The notes under the pieces were generated by a model, which saw only the letters and a list, made by a program, of their open reading frames with translations, was not told where the DNA came from and made no database searches. Shown here in pieces: positions 59,163 to 64,000 of a stretch of DNA of 64,000 nucleotides (its first letter is position 1; every line of letters starts with the position of its first letter). Origin of the DNA: the human T2T-CHM13v2.0 reference genome, Homo sapiens; NCBI RefSeq assembly GCF_009914755.1, contig NC_060925.1. The stretch is one strand, 5' to 3'. The translations under genes were made by a program, and so were the position numbers.

Positions 59163-60967
59163 TTATTTGTCTAAATTACCGCCCACCAGCCTGTGAGTGC
59201 TGGGAAGGCACAGACAGGGCCTGTCCTTGCTGGTCCACACCACCCCAGCCCCTAGCACCACACGAGGTTCACTGGTTCACTGGCACACAGTAGGTGCATG
59301 GCAAATATCTGCCCAAAGAATGAACCTCTGTACTCCCAGTGACTGCCATGGAATGTCGCTCAGTGATGATCTGTTGAATGAACAAGTGAATGAGATGATC
59401 TGCCACGGTCCAGGAATGTCTGTGGAAATTCCTCATGCACACAGCAAACAACTCCACCCACCGCCATCCTACCGCACCCGGGCATGGAGGAGCCCCTCAT
59501 CGGGGGCAGAGCTGGGGGAAGGTCAGGAAAGACTGTTGGGCCTCGGAAAACATCCCACGTGCTAGGTTGGTGCGTTGGGAAAAGTAAAAGTCAGTGCCAG
59601 GAGTGCAAGTTCAGGTCAAGACTAGGGAGCTACTGGATGGCCCTGCTGAATATTTTGGGGTGAGAGGCTGAAACAGGAGGACGACAGAGGAGGCTGCCCA
59701 GAGTGGGGATGGGGGAGGAGAAGTGCTGGGTGGGTGGGGCAAGAGCAGTGAGGAGCCAGGTCTGGGTGGGGGCTTGACGAGTGACTCAGGAGGGTAGAGG
59801 TGCGATGAAGCCAGGAAGGTGAGGCCAGGCAGGCAGTTCCTGGGTAAACACCAGCCTGGTTAGAAAAGTCCCTCTCTTGGCTCAGAGAACAGGGAGGCAG
59901 GTATGGGGACTGCCTAGGAGCACCTCGGAGAGAGTGGGGGTGGCTCTGTGGCTCCCCACGGTAGGCTCGGCTCCCCAGATGTGCCCCCACCCACATCTGC
60001 CACTAGCTCCCTGCCCACCGACCCCACCCAGTCCTCCTCAAGTTCACTCAGGTCCTCAGGGCCTCTGCTGGCCAAGTGCCTTCTAAGCCTCGGGATTCCT
60101 GACCGTAGAATTCCCTTTTCCTCCACCTAAGCTCAGAGTAGGGGACTAGACTGCAAGGGCAGGCCTCTCCCTGCCTCTTGGAGACCTGGGAAGAGGAAAG
60201 CTGGGGAACTCGGGTCCCCCAAGGGTGCACTGCATCCCCGCACCACGCACTTTGCAGCTCATTCCACGCAGTCCAGCAACGCCCTGCAGCTATGCATTTT
60301 GAGGCCGTGCATTTTGAGTTCCCTTGACCCACGTGGGGCTGGCCTCAGAGAGGTTAACTAGCGTGCCCCAGGTCACACAGTTACTCAGTGAAAGGCAGGG
60401 ATTGATTCAACTCTTCGGCTGTATGACTCCAAGGCCCGTGGGTGTTCCACACAAGCTTCAGTTCTGTCCCAAAAGTTTTGCTTGTGCCTACCTGGGTCCA
60501 AGCTCCCCAAGGTGATAGACGGTGTGGTAAAGTTTCAGCGAGACTCATAGGGTCCCCATCACCACTGAGTGGCCGTTCTGCCAAGCTGGCGCAGAAGGGT
60601 TCCCTCGTCCTGCCAAGTTCCCACCCTGCTCAAAGTTTCCCCTCCTGGTCCCCAGGAATGGTAGGCCGGACCATGCCCAGCGAGACTCCAGCACTCGGCA
60701 ACGTGGCCGAGAGACCCACGGGCTCCCACACGGGCCAGCCCCGCCCCCAGCCCCACGAAGGGTCCTGACTGGTGGCCCCCCTGGATTAGCCCCATGCCGC
60801 AGGGTGGCGCCGGCCCGGGGTCCCCGGCGGGCGCCGCCGTCCCGGGCCAGAGTCCCCGCCGCGCAGCCTTGGGCGCCCCAGCCAAGTTGGCGGGAGGCGG
60901 CGAGCGGGACCGGGGCGCCCCTAGCCCCTCCGCCCCCGCCCCCCGCCCCTCTGCCCCGCACACTCAC

Positions 60968-61030
60968 CGCCAGCAGCCGCCCGTGCAGCAGCAGCGCCAG
61001 CAGCAGCGCGCCCGCCGCCCGCCACCCCAT
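60968..61030 (-). CDS. HSPG2: Exon 1 coding part, signal peptide MGWRAAGALLLALLLHGRLLA (63 nt)
   Basis: Strong Kozak GGGCCATGG; donor GTGAGT. Confidence 0.97.
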
Positions 61031-61409
61031 GGCCCGGCCCGCGCCGCTCTCTCGCTCGCTCGCTCCGCGCCGCCCGCTCCGCGCCGCCCGCAGCCGCCCG
61101 CTCGCCGGCCAGCTCGGGACAGCGCGGCCCTCTCCCCACCGCCCCCTTTCCTCCCCGCCCGCCCCGCCCCCGCAGCGCCGGCCCCGCCCCCGAACCGCCC
61201 CTCCCCGGAGCGCCAGGCCCCGCCCACGGACCGCCCCCGGGCCGCGGGCTCTGCTCGCCCCAGCCGGCCGCGCAGCCTACTAGGCCTTTGTCTGGGCCCC
61301 CAGCCCCCCCGCGCGGGCCGCGGCCCGGCCCGGCTCCCCGCCAAACCCGGCCTGGAGTATGGGATGGGACGGGGCGGGGGACCGGGGGCCCGGGCCCGGG
61401 CATGGGATG

Positions 61410-61423
61410 GGGCCGCCGGGCCA
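61410..61423 (-). promoter_or_regulatory. TGGCCCGGCGGCCC, NF-1-like TGF-beta-responsive element of the perlecan promoter
   Basis: TGGCC-N5-GCC motif ~300 nt upstream of the approximate TSS; identity recalled from memory, not verified. Confidence 0.55.
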
Positions 61424-61920
61424 GGCGCTCTCGCCTCCCCGATCCCCGGCTCCCCCGCTTCCCCGCGCGCGCCGCCGACTTCCACGCCCCTGCACGCCCC
61501 GCACGGCCGACTCCACTCGCGCAGCTTTTGAAGATCCCGGGATCTCCTTCCCACGCTCACACGCACGCAGCTGCCGCTCCGCGCCACACGTGCACGCCAA
61601 CTTCCACACCCAAGAACACCTTCACACCATAACTTTACTGCACGAACACACTTGTGCGCTACCCGGGAACACTTTCACACTCTGGACCCAACTCTGAAGT
61701 ACCAACAATCCTCACCGGCTCACATGCACACTTAACTCGCTTCCAAACTCTCACCTCCACCAGGGACACAGGAGACAGCCCTCACACCACACTCAGCCCC
61801 TCACTCACGCATACATCCCAACAAGTCACGGAGCGGGAGGACGCCTTTTCACATAGATTCCTCGCAGGCACGCACATTTCACACACAGGCCCACATCATT
61901 GCCTGCATGCTTACCAGCTT

Positions 61921-62223
61921 GTTTTTTTTTTTTTTTTTTTTTTTGAGAAGGAGTCTCGCTCTGTCCCCAGGCTGGAGTGCGGTGGTGGGATCTTGGCTCA
62001 CTGCAACCTCCGCCTCCGGGTTCAAGCAATTCTCCGGCCTCAGCCTCCTGAATAGCTGGGATTACAGGCGTGCCACCACGCCTGGCTAATTTTTGTATTT
62101 TTAATAGAGATGGGGTTTTTACCATGTTGGCCAGGCTGGTCTCGAACTCCTGACCTTGTGATCTGCCCGCCTTGCCCTCCCAAAGTGATGGGATTACAGG
62201 CATTGAGCCACCGCACCCAGCCT
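61921..62223 (-). mobile_element. Alu upstream of the promoter
   Basis: Antisense Alu consensus. Confidence 0.93.
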
Positions 62224-64000
62224 CAGCCTGTATCTTTTACCTGTTCTCACCCACTAATCACAGTGCCTCATAGTGGGCACTGGGTACTGAACTGAGCTGC
62301 CCACCCCACCTGCACCATTTTCCATGTAAATCACTCACACACCAACTTTGAGTCACATAAATCACAGCCCCAGAGCCAGAACCACACCAACTCACACACT
62401 CAGGCCCAGACAGACAGACCCTGCCAAAGCCCCATCACAGATGCTCGGGTGGGTGGTAAAATCACAGCCCCATGATCTGTCTCTGACCCAACCGCAGGCA
62501 GCAAACAGCACCAAGCCCCCAGACCTATTCACTGCCTACTCTTCAGCTCCCCTCTTCTGCCTGAAATTTCCAGGGCAGCCCGAGGCTGATGGGTGGAGAG
62601 GAAAACTATGTATGTGTAGCTTTGAGGAAAACCTTTTGAGTAATGATAGAGGAGGAGAATAAAACTGAAGTTTCCATTGTTTCCTGTGAGAGTTGCTAGG
62701 TTCCAGAAACTCATGGCTGGGTTTGCAGCCAGGAGTGAGGTGAGCTGTGGACAGAAGGAAATGCCCAGCTCACTGGGCGGCACCAGGCCTGGCTCCGGAA
62801 GCTATGTTCCCTGTGATAGGGGTCCGCAGGCTCCCAAGCACATTGGGGCCTCTCATCCAGGCATCTGGGGGATTGAAAAAACACTGGCATCCTGACCCCC
62901 ATCCCAGATAGATCCCCTATCTCCAAAAGATATCTCCAAAATATGCCCTGTGGGGCATATTTCTGTGGGACCAGCTCAGAGTTGTAAAGAACAGAAATTG
63001 CATCCACGGTAGTCAGGCCAACTGCCTGGCCCCAACCCAGGCTCCAGGCACAGCACTGAATAAGGTCTATCTCTGATCCGCACAGGGAGATAGGGGTGGA
63101 CAGAGGAGGGACGCCCAATCTTGGCCCTCAGTAAACTCTTAATCTGATAGAGGTGTGGGGAAGAATAGTCCCTGTCCGGGTATTGTTCTCAGTCTGATAG
63201 AGAATCCTGCCTCCACCACCTAGCCGTGCAATCTTGAGCACATGATTCAACTTCCATGTCTCAGTCTCTGCATGTAGAAAATGAGAATAACGTTAAGACG
63301 TCTCTCTTAGTGTTGTTATGAGAATTAAGATAAATTAATATATTTCTTTTAAAAAACACAGCCATTTCAGACACTTGGTAAGCATGAAATAAGTGGTAGC
63401 CATTTCTCTTATTACTATTTCTGGTGTGCTCCCAATCTAAAGAGAGAGACATGACTTGGCCCTTGGGGAGCTGAGGTCTGATAGAGGAGCAGCCTCCACA
63501 GCCACCCCAGGGACCTCCCATTTGAGGGGAGAGTACACCAGGTTTGCACTTGGAAACTCCCTGTCCGATGAGAAAGGCTTCAAAACTCCACTGACTTCAG
63601 AGCTGGCAGGTGGCCAGCCCTAGTGGCAGGATTTTTCCAAGGCCTTGCCTGTCCATGGATTTGTCAGCATCCGTGACAAATCGCATTTCATGAGCTGCCT
63701 CAGTGTCTGTTCCCTACCTCGGGCCCTTTAAGTACCAGAGCTTTGGCTTCTTGGATGATTTGCTCATGAGCAAAGGGGGAAAAAAAGGGAAACAAGCAAC
63801 CCTTTGTAGATGTTTGGTCAAGACTAACCCAGAGCTATAAGTCTTCCTTCCTCAAAGGGGTTGAGGAAAGAGATGGTAAGGCCGACTAGGGACTGGAAGG
63901 AGCTGGGCTGACACGCAGAAAGCAGGAATATATGGCATGTTGAGAAAGTCTTCCAGGGCGGCTCCAGCAGCGGAGGATTGGTCATCCACCTATTTATTCT

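Larger units (their letters stand above)
60700..61600 (-). promoter_or_regulatory. CpG-island, TATA-less HSPG2 promoter with multiple GC boxes
   Basis: Very high GC and CpG density around exon 1; many GGGCGG motifs at 61140-61240; CACGTG at 61587-61592. Confidence 0.92.

Noticed and set aside
60794-61587. Long ORFs (245, 207 and 160 aa) across the promoter
   Set aside because: Expected stop-codon scarcity in a CpG island; low-complexity Ala/Pro/Arg/Gly translations
62939-62962. 10-bp hairpin AAATATGCCC/GGGCATATTT
   Set aside because: Isolated short palindrome with no supporting context

Overview
Human-type genomic DNA (dense Alu, MIR and L2 repeats) containing the 5' part of HSPG2 (perlecan) on the minus strand. 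It includes a TATA-less CpG-island promoter (~60.7-61.6 kb), coding exon 1, a ~40.8 kb intron 1, and exons 2-22. All introns are GT-AG. The exon lengths sum to 2826 coding nt (codons 1-942), covering the signal peptide, SGD heparan-sulfate sites, SEA, four LDLa repeats, an Ig domain and the laminin IV/LE modules. The gene continues beyond position 1. Intron 1 holds a processed RPL21 pseudogene with a target-site duplication and a ~230-bp, ~95% identical inverted duplication. The most interesting signal is a set of frame-preserving, phase-1, stop-free candidate cassette exons that are absent from the canonical perlecan sequence as I recall it. One is a 75-nt exon in intron 3 that adds a fourth Ser-Gly plus an acidic patch beside the HS sites, behind a 334-nt AG-free pyrimidine tract. 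Another is a 51-nt Pro-rich exon in intron 6 with a downstream GCATG cluster, and there are weaker 36- and 60-nt candidates. These are inferred from sequence only and may already exist in predicted transcript sets. Repeat boundaries and families are approximate (assigned by eye).
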